A DNA stretch of 64,000 bases from Lingula anatina. Taxonomy: Eukaryota > Animalia > Brachiopoda. Of this stretch, positions 32,834-45,761 are shown in pieces. Below the pieces are notes generated by a model. The model was not told the origin of the DNA and ran no database searches. It saw only the letters and a program-made list of their open reading frames with translations. How positions within the stretch are numbered: position 1 is the first letter of the stretch; each line of letters opens with the position of its first letter. The DNA is taken from the NCBI GenBank assembly GCA_051362555.1, contig CM120649.1, forward strand, positions 3,100,001-3,164,000, in the 5' to 3' direction. A program made the position numbers and the translations under genes.

Positions 32834-34146
32834 GTATTAAAATCTACATAACCGCTAAAAAAAGAAGGAAACATGTTCAGACTGGCCAGAAATAAATAAA
32901 TAACAAAATCAAATCAAAAAAAAAAAAAAAAACAGAATGTAAGTTCAGGGGTGGATCAAGTAATGATGCGTGAATAGGAGAACAACTGCTTTTTGCCAAA
33001 GAAAAAAACATTTTAGCGGGTAAATGCCGTATAGGGCGCCTTTCCATTTTGAGAATGTGTACGCTATTTTCTACATCATTCACAGCACTCGAATAAAGAC
33101 CCACCTGAGTGCGTGAACTTCTTCCACCATAAACACAAATTTGTCATTAAACCTTAAATTATATAAAATCAGCCCTTTTGCGAAATTAGCAGTTTTTAAG
33201 TACGACCCAAGTCGAATTATAGTTGTCTAAAACAAACGAAATTGCCTGCGGTTAGATCATGCTGTTCTTTGCAACTTTTGAATTTAATTATAAAGGCATC
33301 TGTTGCCGCAAACAGCCTGTGTACTGACGTAACGAGACAGAGGCGTCCACATCAGTTTGACTTGTTAAACATGGATGTATGAAGACGAACTGACCACAGA
33401 CTTGATGTAAACCTGCGCTGGCCACTTTTAGCGATATCTTGTATCGGTATAGCTGTATTTATATTTAAAAATTAAACTATATACACAAAGTGAGGTTCCT
33501 AACTCCCCCCACCCCACCCCCACCTTAAAAATCAACATAAATACACAAGTGCAGGATTTCTTACAAAATTAAATCGTTTGAATCATCGAGGAGCTGATAA
33601 TGAGCAAACTATTTCAAGCATGATTCTGACAATTGGTCAGCGCTTCTGTCTATTTTGAATGACATCCCCCCTCCCTTTTCTTTGAAACATTCATAAAAAA
33701 TCATTGGTGTGGCGCTCCGTTCCACAATTGCACCTGAAAAACTCTTAAACCATAATAGTGGCAATCAAATGATATTAAAAAAACTTCTTACGAGACGTCA
33801 GGTGAACTGGCCATTTTACTTCACAATTAATGCAAATTTCTAAAAAAAATTATCTTAAACGCATATGCCGCAGACTGCAGGCTGCTAACGGCTGTCAACT
33901 GTGGCGAAGATTCACCTTTATCACCCTGTGGATCGGCGTTCCAACAGATTAATACCTGCGTAAAACCAATGTATCATTTATAGATAAAAGTCCCTGCTGA
34001 AATTCGGGGTGTCTATTCGGGCAAGTGCGCATGCAGATGTAGGAGGAATAAAAAAACTACCAGGCACAACTGTTGTTCGATTATAACGTCACCGCCATCT
34101 GTGACCAATGTCACACGCATATGGCAACTCCCTGAGAAAGACGCCA

Positions 34147-34172
34147 TATAAACGGCGCGTATTTTCTCAGTC
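34147..34172 (+). promoter_or_regulatory. TATA box plus Inr of the chitin-binding protein gene
   Basis: TATAAA at 34147-34152 and TCAGTC at 34167-34172; possible short 5'UTR intron 34196-34244 (gtaag...tacag). Confidence 0.55.
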
Positions 34173-34245
34173 ACTTCTCAGCGACAAACACACGGGTAAG
34201 GAACATCTCTGTCTCTACTACTACTGTCTCTACTATTACTACAGA

Positions 34246-35735
34246 ATGGTTTTCTCTACAGACTATATACCACTGCGTTGTAGGGTGGTTGTAATACTGC
34301 TGCTAGCCCTTGCCTCGCAGACCTTGTCACAGTATAGTTCGGGATACCAAGTCCAGACTGTTTCAGCTGGCCGAGATAACGGTTACAACCACAACCGCGG
34401 ATATCCCGATCCGCAATATTTCGGGCCACACGAGGAAAGAGGGAGTTACGGCGGCGGCAGAAGTCAGTATATACCTTACGAGAGCTACAGCGCGCCAACC
34501 CAACGTTATGGAAGCCGCTACGAATACCAGTCACCATATTCCAGTCTGTATCACAAACTGTTCCAAGACTACGCCCACGTCAAGGTACCCACAGTGGCGC
34601 CACATAGCGGAGAGCACTCTCAAGATGGTACCCACGATCGCGCTGGGCAGTCGCAGTACAGTGGTGGCAGCGGTGGGGTAGGGCAGTACCACGAGGTCGG
34701 CTATGGTAGTAGCTATGGTGACAATAGTGGTAGCTATGGGGATACCAGTGGTAGCTATGGTGACACCAGCAGTAGCTATGGTGATACCAGTGGTAGCTAT
34801 GGTGACAACAGTGGTAGCTATGGTGACAAAGGAAGATATCACGCCGACCAACACAGAGGAGAGAGACCCACCACTCACTGTCACCTGTACAGAGATGACA
34901 AGGAGCAATATGAGAAATGCCTGGGATGTACTGGTTCCGACAGGTTCTGTAAGTAAAGAATCATTCATTCTTCGACATTATCATCATCATCATCTTCTTC
35001 AGAATGTTTTCTGCTCTACAGAAGAAAACCTTCATGTGATGAATATTACGCTTTTTAGATTCTTAGGGTATGTAAAAACAAAACAGACAACAGCATAGCA
35101 ATGTTTACCTTTGGTTTTGTCACATGTTGTAATACTATAAAAATCGTACAATGAAAAACAGATAAAGAAATGTAATACACGATAAATTACACCCATATGA
35201 ACACACAAGATAAACGAACGCCTACTTTTTACCAAAGAAAGATTCAATTTTTCATGTGTGTTCAACTTCCATTTGGATCTCATGTATAGTATTTACCCAA
35301 ACTTGACAACCAATCAACATAAAGATTAAAATTTTGGTCAATTTTTCATTCGATCAAGCCTCTTTGACGAAGATCCGAAGCGTCATGTTTCGACTCTTCA
35401 TCAAAAGCCATTGGTAAAGACACGTTTAATCTCTTACTTATAAGAAACTATATACAATTTTTATCATCATTACACAATAGGCAATGAAAAACTAATGTCA
35501 CCGAATCTATATGCATATCATCTTCTTTACAGTTGTATGTCCCGTAGCGGGAGTCTACAAGCCGGAGAGGGCATATGGCCCGAAAGAAGAGGTACACGAA
35601 GCCCCACGCCGCCATTTTGCCCATACAGACCCTCAGTGTTACTGGCAGTGTGATGAGTTCGGGCGCGCGTTTGGCCAGCCCTGCCCAAAAGGACTAACAT
35701 TCAACACACATGCGCAAGTCTGCATCCGGCTTTAA
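34246..35735 (+). CDS. Secreted Gly/Ser/Tyr-rich protein with SYGD repeats and a C-terminal chitin-binding type-2 (peritrophin-A/CBM14)-like domain; exons 34246-34948 and 35533-35735 (301 aa)
   Basis: Signal-peptide-like N-terminus (RVVVILLLALASQTLS-Q) and a low-complexity Y/G/S body. A phase-1 GT-AG intron joins ...GSDRF/FVCP.... The C-terminus HTDPQCYWQCDEFGRAFGQPCPKGLTFNTHAQVC matches the ChtBD2 core pattern (YxxC...CPxGLxF...C). Confidence 0.85.
34705..34828 (+). repeat. Coding 21-bp tandem repeat (about 6 copies, S-G/S-S-Y-G-D-T/N)
   Basis: agtggtagctatggtgacacc-like units. Confidence 0.95.
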
Positions 35736-36106
35736 ACTGAGTTTGAACTACACGTGCACGGGTTTCCGAAGGTTGGCACCCAGAAGCCTCAAAGACTGGC
35801 GTTGTTTAAGACTGATGAAGATTTTATATAAAATGTGTTACTTTTGTGTTTTGGATCTAATGTGAAATCAAAGACATTACGTTATTGTAATTAGGTTGTT
35901 AACAAACAAATATCAGTTTTACGTGATAGGCCCATGAGCCTTTAGAAACGTATAAAAGAAAAAAAAAAGGAGTAAAAGGTTGTCACTTAGAACATTAAAC
36001 TGACCACGACAACACCTTAATATATCTGTATATTTCCCTTTCGTTTTAATTCAGATTATGGTGTAGATAATTAATGATTTTGGTTGGCTTTGTAAAGCTG
36101 TAGAGT

Positions 36107-36112
36107 AATAAA
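36107..36112 (+). terminator. Candidate poly(A) signal of the chitin-binding gene
   Basis: AATAAA about 370 nt after the stop. Confidence 0.4.
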
Positions 36113-37123
36113 TAATCCTGACCAGAATCTCTCTCGTTCGCTTCTTATTAGTTAATTAATCACTACAAATATGCAGGAATGTTCTGAGTTATCATGAGGC
36201 CTTCAAGGCATGACTAGGCCGTTGTAGAAAGTGTTTTGACACACGGAACTGTCCATTCCTATTCATGAATACCAATTTAGCAAACAGAACTCACTGCAGC
36301 TAAGAAAACATTTTGAATATCTAGATACGCAAAACGTGGGGGGGGGGGGGGGGGGGGGGGAGGGAGGGGGGTTAAAACATTTTGGCCTTACATCGATCGC
36401 TGGACAAAAACAAACAAACAAACAAAGGACGAGAACCATATTAATTGGGTATATAGTGCACAGGAATGAGCTTTTGCTTTTGTCTAATTTTGCTCGTGCG
36501 AGCGCACGTGTGTGTTTCGCTTACCGAATAACCATATGACTTATTTTTATATGATACCATTGCACATTAAGACACAAATCAGTGTACTATCATGACAAAC
36601 CCTCTCGTTTTTGTACGGTTTCATAGGACTATTTCTTTTTTTTAATTTCCAAGGTTAAAAGTACTCTAGCTTTGGTTTCGAGGGAAAGAACGACTTACAG
36701 GTACACGTAGGCCTAATTACAGAAAATCTATGTACAACACCGCGGCAGCAGATCAGTCTAAACTAATGGCTAATTAATAACCAATCCTAAACGCCCTCAT
36801 TAATTTCTCCTTGCCACTCTCGCCCTCACCGGTTCTACCCCCGTGTACCTGAGCGGGTTTGTTTTTGGCACGCGACTGTGGTATAGACCTTGTTGTTGGC
36901 CGTAACAGATACCCCGTTGTACAGGGTAGACAGAATACTCAGAGGGGACCTTTTCTGGAAAAAAAGGGGGGGGGGGATCTTTCGAACCCCCCTGGCTACG
37001 GGACTGGGGTTAATGTTACACAGAAAAGACAGTAAAGATACAGGTAGGAAGTCAATAGATCTGGCACTGAGAGACTCCTCAAAACAAGTTCTCTGTAACA
37101 TTAACAATATAATTTATGTTCAA

Positions 37124-37352
37124 GACCCCATTCCCAGAGATTAGATCGATCCAAACTAGATCGATCCAAACTAGATCGACCTAACTCCCTGGGGGTTCAC
37201 GCTAAATAGCTGTCAGCCGAGCGGGCACGAAAGTTAATTACCCCCTTACAGCTTGTAGTAGGCGGGACGGACATTTAAGCCGGATTATCTGACAGTAATC
37301 TAGTGAGACCCCCCACGGGGATAGATCGATCTAAATGTCTGGGAATACGCCC
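37124..37352 (+). mobile_element. MITE family A, copy 5
   Basis: Nearly identical to copy 4, with an extra 15-bp tagatcgatccaaac duplication; flanks CAA/TAA. Confidence 0.88.
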
Positions 37353-40281
37353 TAAGACAAGTGGCGTAGAAAATTGGTCAGATTTGGCAATGGAAATTTC
37401 TTAAATTAATTTCTTATGAAATATGAAAATAACTATTTTACACGTATCAATATAGAACTTTAACTTTTCTGATCTTTTTGATGGCTAATTGTTAGAGTGA
37501 CTGGAAAACTGCTTCACTATAAATGACCAATTCAACTATTTACCTAAAAACTAAATTAATAAATATCTGACGAAATAAATAAATAAACAGATAAATATGA
37601 ATATACATAACAATAAAAAATAATGCTGGACAGAAACATTTCAATCTGAAACAGAAATCAATAAAAATATCAATCCTGTACATCGATTGTATAGCGCATT
37701 ATCCACATCAAAGATTGAACGTTTGTGCAAGACAGTACCTACCCGAAGCAGAGGGCTCTTCCACAACATCTCAGAGCGCGCGATATCCACGGAACCAACA
37801 GGTGAACGTTGGCCGGTCGATCAAAGTACTCCTGGTTGTATAAACTGATCTGTCACCACAAGGTAAGATCCAGTTGTAGTTGTAATTTACACGTGCGTTT
37901 GTTTGGTATAACCCAATTAACGTTATACTTTTATTCAAAGGAGAAAGAATCTTCATCAATGAATCTGCTGTTCGAGAGTTTTACGTTACCTAAAACGGTA
38001 GTCTTTTTTTTTTCGGGGAGCAACGGCGTATAACGAACGGTTTTATATTTGTAACTTGTTGGTTTTGTGTTGGATATTAATTTTATTTAGGAACTTTGTT
38101 TGCTGTAAATTGGTAACTTATTTGTTATATACATTAGTGTCTTGTTAGTTAGCAATATGTTTTAAATATGCTGTTAGGTTTAAGTAGGTAAGAAGAGTTG
38201 TTGGGTAAATGTTTTTATATTGCTGGTGCGTTGATATCGTGTTTCTTATGTGTTGATGGCTTGTTGGAAAATCCCCTCAAAGGAATCTAAGAAGAAAGAT
38301 ACAACAGTTAGTGCTACATGTGCGTGTGCAAGCAGCACGAAATAGAGGGGTAATAATTGCCGTATCGCGCATGATGAGTAATGCATTGGCTTACAGGCAT
38401 CGTGCATAGTTTTACAGATGCTAACCACAGTAGACTAGTGAATACTATAAAGGAATCTACACAGTCTCTTATTTGTGACCTCTGTTGTAATCATATTCTT
38501 TTCTGTTCTTGGTTTATTTTTATCTATATCTTGTGACTTAAAAAAGATGTTCAAAGTCAGAAGGCTGGGGACTTGTTTTTATATACGGACTTCCGCAATC
38601 CAAGTCAGAAAGCGGATAACTTGATTTTACGTGCAGACATCCATAATTATTACTTCAATTTTCATAAGACCTGTTTCTGCTTCCGATTTTTCGAACCGAC
38701 TTTGAATAGATTAACAAGTGCACAAATTTCGATGTACAGGGGATTTGCTGGACAAAATATTTCATATACTTCTGAGATAATATATACTAAAGCTACGAGT
38801 CATACAGGTGCAAAACCCTTATTTCACACCTGTCCTGAATCTGAGCTCGGCGAAACCTTCCACTGTTTGCTTTGCTGAGATAATGGCGCTGGCTTAATGA
38901 AAATGGACGCGTAAAGCAGGTGCCAGCGCCGCGAAAAAAACTATTTTGGTTCATTAGATTATTTGTTTCACGCATCGTCCTGTTATTGTACTTCAAGTGT
39001 TGAAGATGTATGGTGCTGAGTTCTTAAGGTGATTGTTTCACATTCACATGTTTGCTTACACAGCTTGGGTCGTTTTTTAGGGACTATTCTTGTTTTGCAG
39101 GCCTTTTTTTTCGTAGGTGCTTCGTCAGTTATGATTTGGTTAATTCGCCTATCTCTCCTTTTCTCCGAAGGCTTTCCAAGTCACAAAAGAGATTAAACAC
39201 CGCACTTGCCAGAACTTACCTTTCTGTTACATCAGACAGCCGGATAGAACGTCTCTCCTTTGCGTAATATGATTACGTTTCTAGCAAAACACGTTAATTC
39301 GGGGCAGAAATTGCAGATTTATCCGTGGGCGTGACGCCGATGGTTTTTTCCTTCCCCGTTGCCAAAACGCTCTCTTTTAAAGTAATGCTGACTTCTGTTT
39401 GCTATGAATGCTTTTGATTCTTCCACCTTTTTTGATTTTTTTTAAATCCACAGTGCGATATTTTTAAATAAAGGGAGCACAGACTTACTAACACCAACTT
39501 GATGTGCACGTCACTAGTTCATTTGTTGAACGCATAAGGCCAATCTATACCCAAACGTGTAGGGGAAAGATTTTTTTAATGCATTGAACCTTAATATCCC
39601 CTTATTCATCTTTTTTTAATAGTGTAAAGTACTTGAAAAATGTATTATTCAATTTTAGTCACTAATTTTCCATCACCGTTTTTCACATTTTTCGCTTTGT
39701 ATTTCGTTTGGTTATGTCCTACATGTAGAAGATGATGATACAGACAAAACGGTGGCATTCTTGTGCCACTCTGCGTTATTGAAAGAAGCTGCAATATCGT
39801 GCAATCCATTAACGGTTATTTCTTTAAGCGCAACTCTTTAACGGAATGCACTTGATTCTGATTAGGCCCAACTTAACCTGGGAGCGTATTCTACGGAGAA
39901 CACCTTGTTTTGGGGATGCATACCTTCAACCAATAATTCCAGAAGCTAACAAGTGTGATTTTTTCGTGATTTACCAAAAATCGTATCTTGATAGTGAGAT
40001 GCAATTGATGTCCATTACCATACGTTATGATTGATACGCGTGTCATATTGTGACCAATTGAACATTTAATAGAGAGAGAAGTGTTCAACTCAGCAGTGCC
40101 TCTTCACCCCCGCCCAATACCAGCACCCTCTCCCAAACTTTCGAACAACTGTTCTATCAATAATCATGTATCTGTTAATCTATGCTTAAAAATGGTTACA
40201 AATAAGCAAAAACGGTCGTCTGATGATGTGTTTAAGAACGGAACCGGTTTAGGTTTATGTATGCACATTACATATATGCGC

Positions 40282-40322
<41 letters not shown>

Positions 40323-40795
40323 GCGAATACCGTTGTGAACCCTTATGCACTCAATCTCAGCTGAGTCTAATTTGGCGATATTTTCCCGAGGCATATTTTT
40401 CCACCTGCCGCCAAGAACAACTTGTGCTGCAACTGGCAATAGGAAGGTATTTAACGCTTTTGGTAGGAGTCTAGGAAGGTAGAAGCTGAACGACGCGCCC
40501 TCTCATGGTAAACTATGTATAGCCCTTTAGTAGGGGCAAGTCTCTCTCGTCCTTTCCCTCTCCCTTTGTCAATCTCTCTCTCTCTCTTCTGAATACCGTA
40601 GCCAAAATGAAGTTTTCACAATGGTTAGAACAAAGTTCGTTTGAGATGAAGTAAACATAAGAACTAATGTTTTACATATTGAAAAAGAAAACTTAAGCTG
40701 TTGACGGTTTAATCTTTTCCCTGCTCTCCTACTTGTATGAGGACAACAGTTAAAGGAACTAGTGAAATTAGAGAACAAATTGAAAAGAAAATAAT

Positions 40796-40883
40796 TCTCG
40801 CGAGCCGGATTTGAACCAGCGACCTAAGGATGTCTTTTGTCGTCCACTACAGTCCTCCGCTCTACCAACTGAGCTATCGCGAG
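40796..40883 (-). tRNA. tRNA-Tyr(GTA) with 15-nt intron (copy 1)
   Basis: CTCGCGA TAGCTCAGTTGGTAGAGCGGAGGACTGTAG [tggacgacaaaagac] ATCCTTAGGTCGCTGGTTCAAATCCGGCTCGCGAGA; C1-G72, A73, T-run downstream. Confidence 0.95.
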
Positions 40884-41135
40884 CTACGATTATCTCACCT
40901 GTCTGCACAGGTACGCTTTCTGAAGACCGTCTACAAATTATTTTTCCATATTCATGAAGTGTTATTGCGGTCTTGCATGCACTGTTATCATTGATTGTTG
41001 TCACTCTAGTTGTCGCTGTTAAACATGTCCTACAAGACCAGTGTACAAGGTGGAAGACAGACTTATGTCCTCCCTGAACATCATGTCTTATATTTTTGTA
41101 GCTCATGTCTTATGTTTTTTGTTGCAGCGTAAGCT

Positions 41136-41252
41136 TACCCTCTACCAGGGCCACAGGTTGATATTCTCAGATTCTTTGGTTAATTCATGGCACGTTTTTC
41201 CACGAGTTGGAGAAAAGTGCACATAATTTATTTGTGGCCCTGGTTGAGGGTA
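41136..41252. mobile_element. Small TA-flanked MITE family D
   Basis: TA-ccctctaccagggccaca ... tgtggccctggttgaggg-TA. Confidence 0.65.
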
Positions 41253-41691
41253 GCTTGTACACAAGTCTAGGAAATTGCTTTTATGAACAGGGAAAACTGA
41301 AATGAACGGCTTTTATCAAAGTGCTTTCACCTCCTCGCTTTTGCTCAGACAAAAACCCGAGGGCAAATAATATAAAACAATACCAAACGCATTTCTTCTC
41401 TATTTTATTGTGACTTTGTATTGCTTAAAAAGTACTTCACAAAGTTAAAGCATACAATGTTTGTGCATGCTTTTCATTACGTTTATCAGTCTCAGAGTCT
41501 ATCAAACATATTATAGTATTACATCTATATACGATTCCCATAATGGGATAAAATATAAAGTGTACCGATGTATGTTATTCAACTGTACATTAGCCAGAGA
41601 AGACAGAAGTAAGGGGCATGCAGATTTTCTAACTCAACCTGTCTTCTTACCTATCAAAATCAATCAGTTAAGTTAAACGCAAGACAAATAT

Positions 41692-41776
41692 TACCCTCTA
41701 TCACGGCTGCAAATTAATCATGAATTAATCAGAGATATATCTGCGAAAAATTAATCTATGGCCCTGGTAGAGGGTA
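41692..41776. mobile_element. Small TA-flanked MITE family D, second copy
   Basis: taccctctatcacggc ... gccctggtagagggta; a solo end also at about 59985-59999. Confidence 0.55.
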
Positions 41777-41917
41777 GGCAAAACTAAGGGCTGGGGTGAA
41801 AATATGTCTCTGAGGGCGACGGTACAGCGACTGCAACTGGGATGACAGCGCAGGAGGTCAGTACATTTGCAGACTTTCTGCAGTATATTCGGGGTCTTTT
41901 CATTAAGAAAAAATGTT

Positions 41918-42005
41918 TCTCGCGAGCCGGATTTGAACCAGCGACCTAAGGATATCTCTTATCGTCCACTACAGTCCTCCGCTCTACCAACTGAGCTATC
42001 GCGAG
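41918..42005 (-). tRNA. tRNA-Tyr(GTA) with 15-nt intron (copy 2)
   Basis: Same 73-nt mature sequence; intron tggacgataagagat. Confidence 0.95.
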
Positions 42006-42820
42006 CTACGAATGTGTCAAAAATGTGCACAAGTCAGATTTCTGAAGACACGCCGTCCCTAATTTATAATTCCTTATTCATGAAGTGTTATTGGGGTCTT
42101 ACACGCATGGTTATCATTGCTGTCACTCCAGGTGTCGATGTTTTAATATTCTACACGATCAGAGATTAAGCTTGAAGGCCGATTAATGTTCTCCCTGAAG
42201 CTTTGTCATTCATTTCCACTTTTTTTTTACCAACGATTGAACCTTTTACTAAAACAAAAAGGTGGGGAACTTTATGTAAAACAATACTAAATAATATTGT
42301 TTTATATTGGAGACCAGAGACTAAGTTAGAAGGCCGATTAATGTTCTACCTGAACCTCCCGTCATTTATTTCTAGTTTTTTTATTACCAAAGATTTTACA
42401 AAGACAAAAAGCTGGGACATTTAATGTAAAACAATACTATATCATTTTTTTATATATTGGATGGCATTGTATAAGAAATAATTTCAAAGTTGTGACATGA
42501 AATTTTGAAACAAGATTTAATAACGTCGTTTATTCAGTCTCGTGGGAATTTATTTGGTTCATAGAAATATTTCCAGAGATACTTTATATAATTGCTTTTC
42601 TGTCCACGTCAGGCGACAACTGAAGCGAAAACATTGATTTCTCTCTTTAAATCTATCTTCTCGCTTATCAGTATCTGCTAGAAAAGCTGAAAACAAGGCA
42701 AAACTAAGTTCTGGGGTGAACTAACGTTTGGGACGGCTACAGGACAGCGACAGCGACAACACGGCGCTGCTGGTCAGTATACTTGTAGATCCTTGCATCT
42801 TTTTATTAAAGGAAAAAAGT

Positions 42821-42908
42821 TCTCGCGAGCCGGATTTGAACCAGCGACCTAAGGATATCTTATACTACCCACTACAGTCCTCCGCTCTACCAACTGAGCT
42901 ATCGCGAG
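42821..42908 (-). tRNA. tRNA-Tyr(GTA) with 15-nt intron (copy 3)
   Basis: Same mature sequence; intron tgggtagtataagat. Confidence 0.95.
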
Positions 42909-43787
42909 ATATGAGTCTATTAAATCTGAGCAAGAGAGATGTTTCTGAAGCTGCGCCGTCCATTATTTATTTATTTTTCCATATTCATGAAGTGTTATTG
43001 CGGTCTTGCATGCACTGTTATCATTGTCGTCACTCTAGCTGTCGCTGTTAGGCATGTCCTACAAGACCAGTGTACGAGGTGGACAGTCTTATGCTCCCCC
43101 CCCCAAAAAAAAAAAAAAAAAAAAACAAAAAAACAAATGATGCCATATTTGTTATGTCACACGTTGAGCATTTTTAACAGACATGTTAAAACAAAAACTT
43201 GAAGGCAATTTATGTGAAATGGTATCATCTTATTTTATTCCATATTGGAGTACATGCAGTGTATGAGTAATTACTTCAAAGTTGTCCCATGAAAAGTTCA
43301 GACATTTTTTCAAAGATGTTAATTCAGCTAATTATATATACATTTTATGTCATTATATATACAAGATATATAAGATGCATATTATTAAAATTCATTGCGC
43401 TCATAGGATAAAAACTGGAAACGTTTTATTTCTGTCAACGCCAGACAAGACAATTTTACCTACCTACTTATCAAAATCTCCTAGCACAGTTAGAGTAAAA
43501 CAAACGGCTGAAGATTTACAACTTAAATGAGAATAGCAAATAATGACACGGAAAATTGCTATTCAGAAAAAAATAGTGAGGTATTTGCCCCCCCCCCCCC
43601 CTCCCCCCAAGCATCACTCACTTATGACTGACGAGACTGAAAAGTAGCCACTAAATGGCTTTCAAATTGTCTGTAATGAGAGATAAGCCTTTACGACCTC
43701 ATTGACAAAACATGAATATGTTTAACTGATGAAGGAGATAAAATGACTTAGGGACAGTTAACGGGCATAAATATTGCATAGTCGTAT

Positions 43788-43875
43788 CTCGCGATAGCTC
43801 AGTTGGTAGAGCGGAGGACTGTAGTGGACAGTACGGGATATCCTTAGGTCGCTGGTTCAAATCCGGCTCGCGAGA
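43788..43875 (+). tRNA. tRNA-Tyr(GTA) with 15-nt intron (copy 4)
   Basis: Same mature sequence; intron tggacagtacgggat; TTTTT terminator. Confidence 0.95.
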
Positions 43876-44468
43876 AACTATTTTTGGTCCTCTCTGCTGT
43901 ATTTGTCCATTCCCAATCACCCTGAGTTTCACAGAATATTGGAATGAAAATTTATTTTATCAGCGCAACTCTGCCGCAAGCTGCTGATAGATATAAATTT
44001 ACACTGACCCTAGAAAGACAGGCTGCTGCACAACTGACTTTTATATGGTTGATGTAATTATTCCAGCTCAAAATATGTTGTAGATTTGAAAAAAGAAAGA
44101 ATTTTTGATAATAAACTTTTCAATACAAATCCAGATTCTGTTCACTGCCCATAGTTCTTGCGTATTTGATTGAATGCGCGCTGGACTTCTATAGCAACAG
44201 AATAGCAGCAGTTCTGGGAACTTTTTTCTTTGAAGTCAAGTTATACCGGTTCACTCTCCAAATGCGTTTAGAGCAGAACTATCTATAAATCCATTTTTGA
44301 GCTCTTTATTTCTAATTTCCAATTTCATGAATAAAATTCATGGTAATTTGACCTTGGCTACATTATGAGAGTGACTCAAACATTAAACATTTAGAACTCA
44401 AATTCTGTTTATACAATGTACAATGTAGATTGTAATTAGAAAGTTTTAGGACGTGGCATACCTTGAGA

Positions 44469-44470
<2 letters not shown>

Positions 44471-44557
<87 letters not shown>
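44471..44557. repeat. (TA)n microsatellite
   Basis: Direct reading. Confidence 0.95.
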
Positions 44558-44561
<4 letters not shown>

Positions 44562-44743
44562 ATAGCCTGTCTATCATCGTATACCCTGTTCTCGTATAGC
44601 GTGCTTAACAGCGACGGTTTAAAGTGACAACAATGATGACCGTGCATGCAAGACCGCAGTAGCACTATGAATATGTAAAAATAAATTGTGGACTGCGCGT
44701 CATCAGAAACCATTCTTTTGCACATATAGAAAGACACTTATAC

Positions 44744-44831
44744 CTCGCGATAGCTCAGTTGGTAGAGCGGAGGACTGTAGTGGATTGTATGAGATATCCT
44801 TAGGTCGCTGGTTCAAATCCGGCTCGCGAGA
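44744..44831 (+). tRNA. tRNA-Tyr(GTA) with 15-nt intron (copy 5)
   Basis: Same mature sequence; intron tggattgtatgagat. Confidence 0.95.
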
Positions 44832-45468
44832 AATGTTTTTGGTCCTCTCTGCTGTATTATTCGCATTTGTCCGTTCTCCACCACCCTGAGTTTCAGAGAA
44901 GGTAACTTTTATTATCAACGTGGCTCTGCCGCATGCTGTTGATAGAGATGGAGATGATGCTGCACTGAGCCATGATATACAGGGTACCTGTGAAATGATT
45001 TTATATCGTTGATGTAATTCATTATTCAGACCCAAAATTTTTCTGGTGCATTTGAAGAAAAGGGATAAGTTGGTATTATGTTTCCATGCACTACCCATAG
45101 CCCCTGCGTCTACGTAAATTATGCGTATTTGAATGAATGCGCGCTGGACTTAATGGCAAAGAATAGCAGCAATAATTTCCCCGGGAAGCTTTCTTTATTG
45201 CAAGATATACCGATACGCTTTCCAAATACGTTGAAGACAGTTATATCTATAAACCCGTTTTTTGAGCTCTTTTATTTCTGATTTCTGTGATGACGAATGA
45301 AATTCAAGGTAATTTGTCCCCGTCACCATTACGAGAATGCCTCAAAGATTAAACAAATAGAACTTATAAACCTGTTTATAGATTGAAATTAGAAATCTTT
45401 AGGACGTGGAATACCTTGAGAGAAAATCTATCTATCTATCTATCTATCTATCTATATGGCAAAGAATA

Positions 45469-45488
45469 TTCTCGCGAGCCGGATTTGA
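45469..45488 (-). pseudogene. 20-nt 3'-end fragment of tRNA-Tyr inside a TA/TATC microsatellite
   Basis: ttctcgcgagccggatttga is the reverse complement of the tRNA T-loop/acceptor end. Confidence 0.8.
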
Positions 45489-45673
45489 GATATATAATAG
45501 CCTGTCTATCACCTTGTACCTTGTTATAACGTGCTAAACAGCTGCAGTTTAAGTGACAGCAATGAAAACAGTGCATGCAAGACCGCAATAACACAACATG
45601 AATATGGAAAAATAAATTGTAGACGGTGCATCTTCATAAACCATTCTTTTGCACATAAAAACTGTACTTATAC

Positions 45674-45761
45674 CTCGCGATAGCTCAGTTGGTAGAGCGG
45701 AGGACTGTAGTGGACAGTATGAGATATCCTTAGGTCGCTGGTTCAAATCCGGCTCGCGAGA
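45674..45761 (+). tRNA. tRNA-Tyr(GTA) with 15-nt intron (copy 6)
   Basis: Same mature sequence; intron tggacagtatgagat. Confidence 0.95.

Noticed and set aside
34108-34245. N-terminal extension of the 282-aa ORF (MSHAYG...YYYCLYYYYR)
   Set aside because: It spans the TATA/Inr and a probable short intron, and the signal peptide fits initiation at ATG 34246.
34531-35098. Overlapping ORFs with VVAMVT / TIATT repeats
   Set aside because: These are shadow frames of the 21-bp coding repeat.
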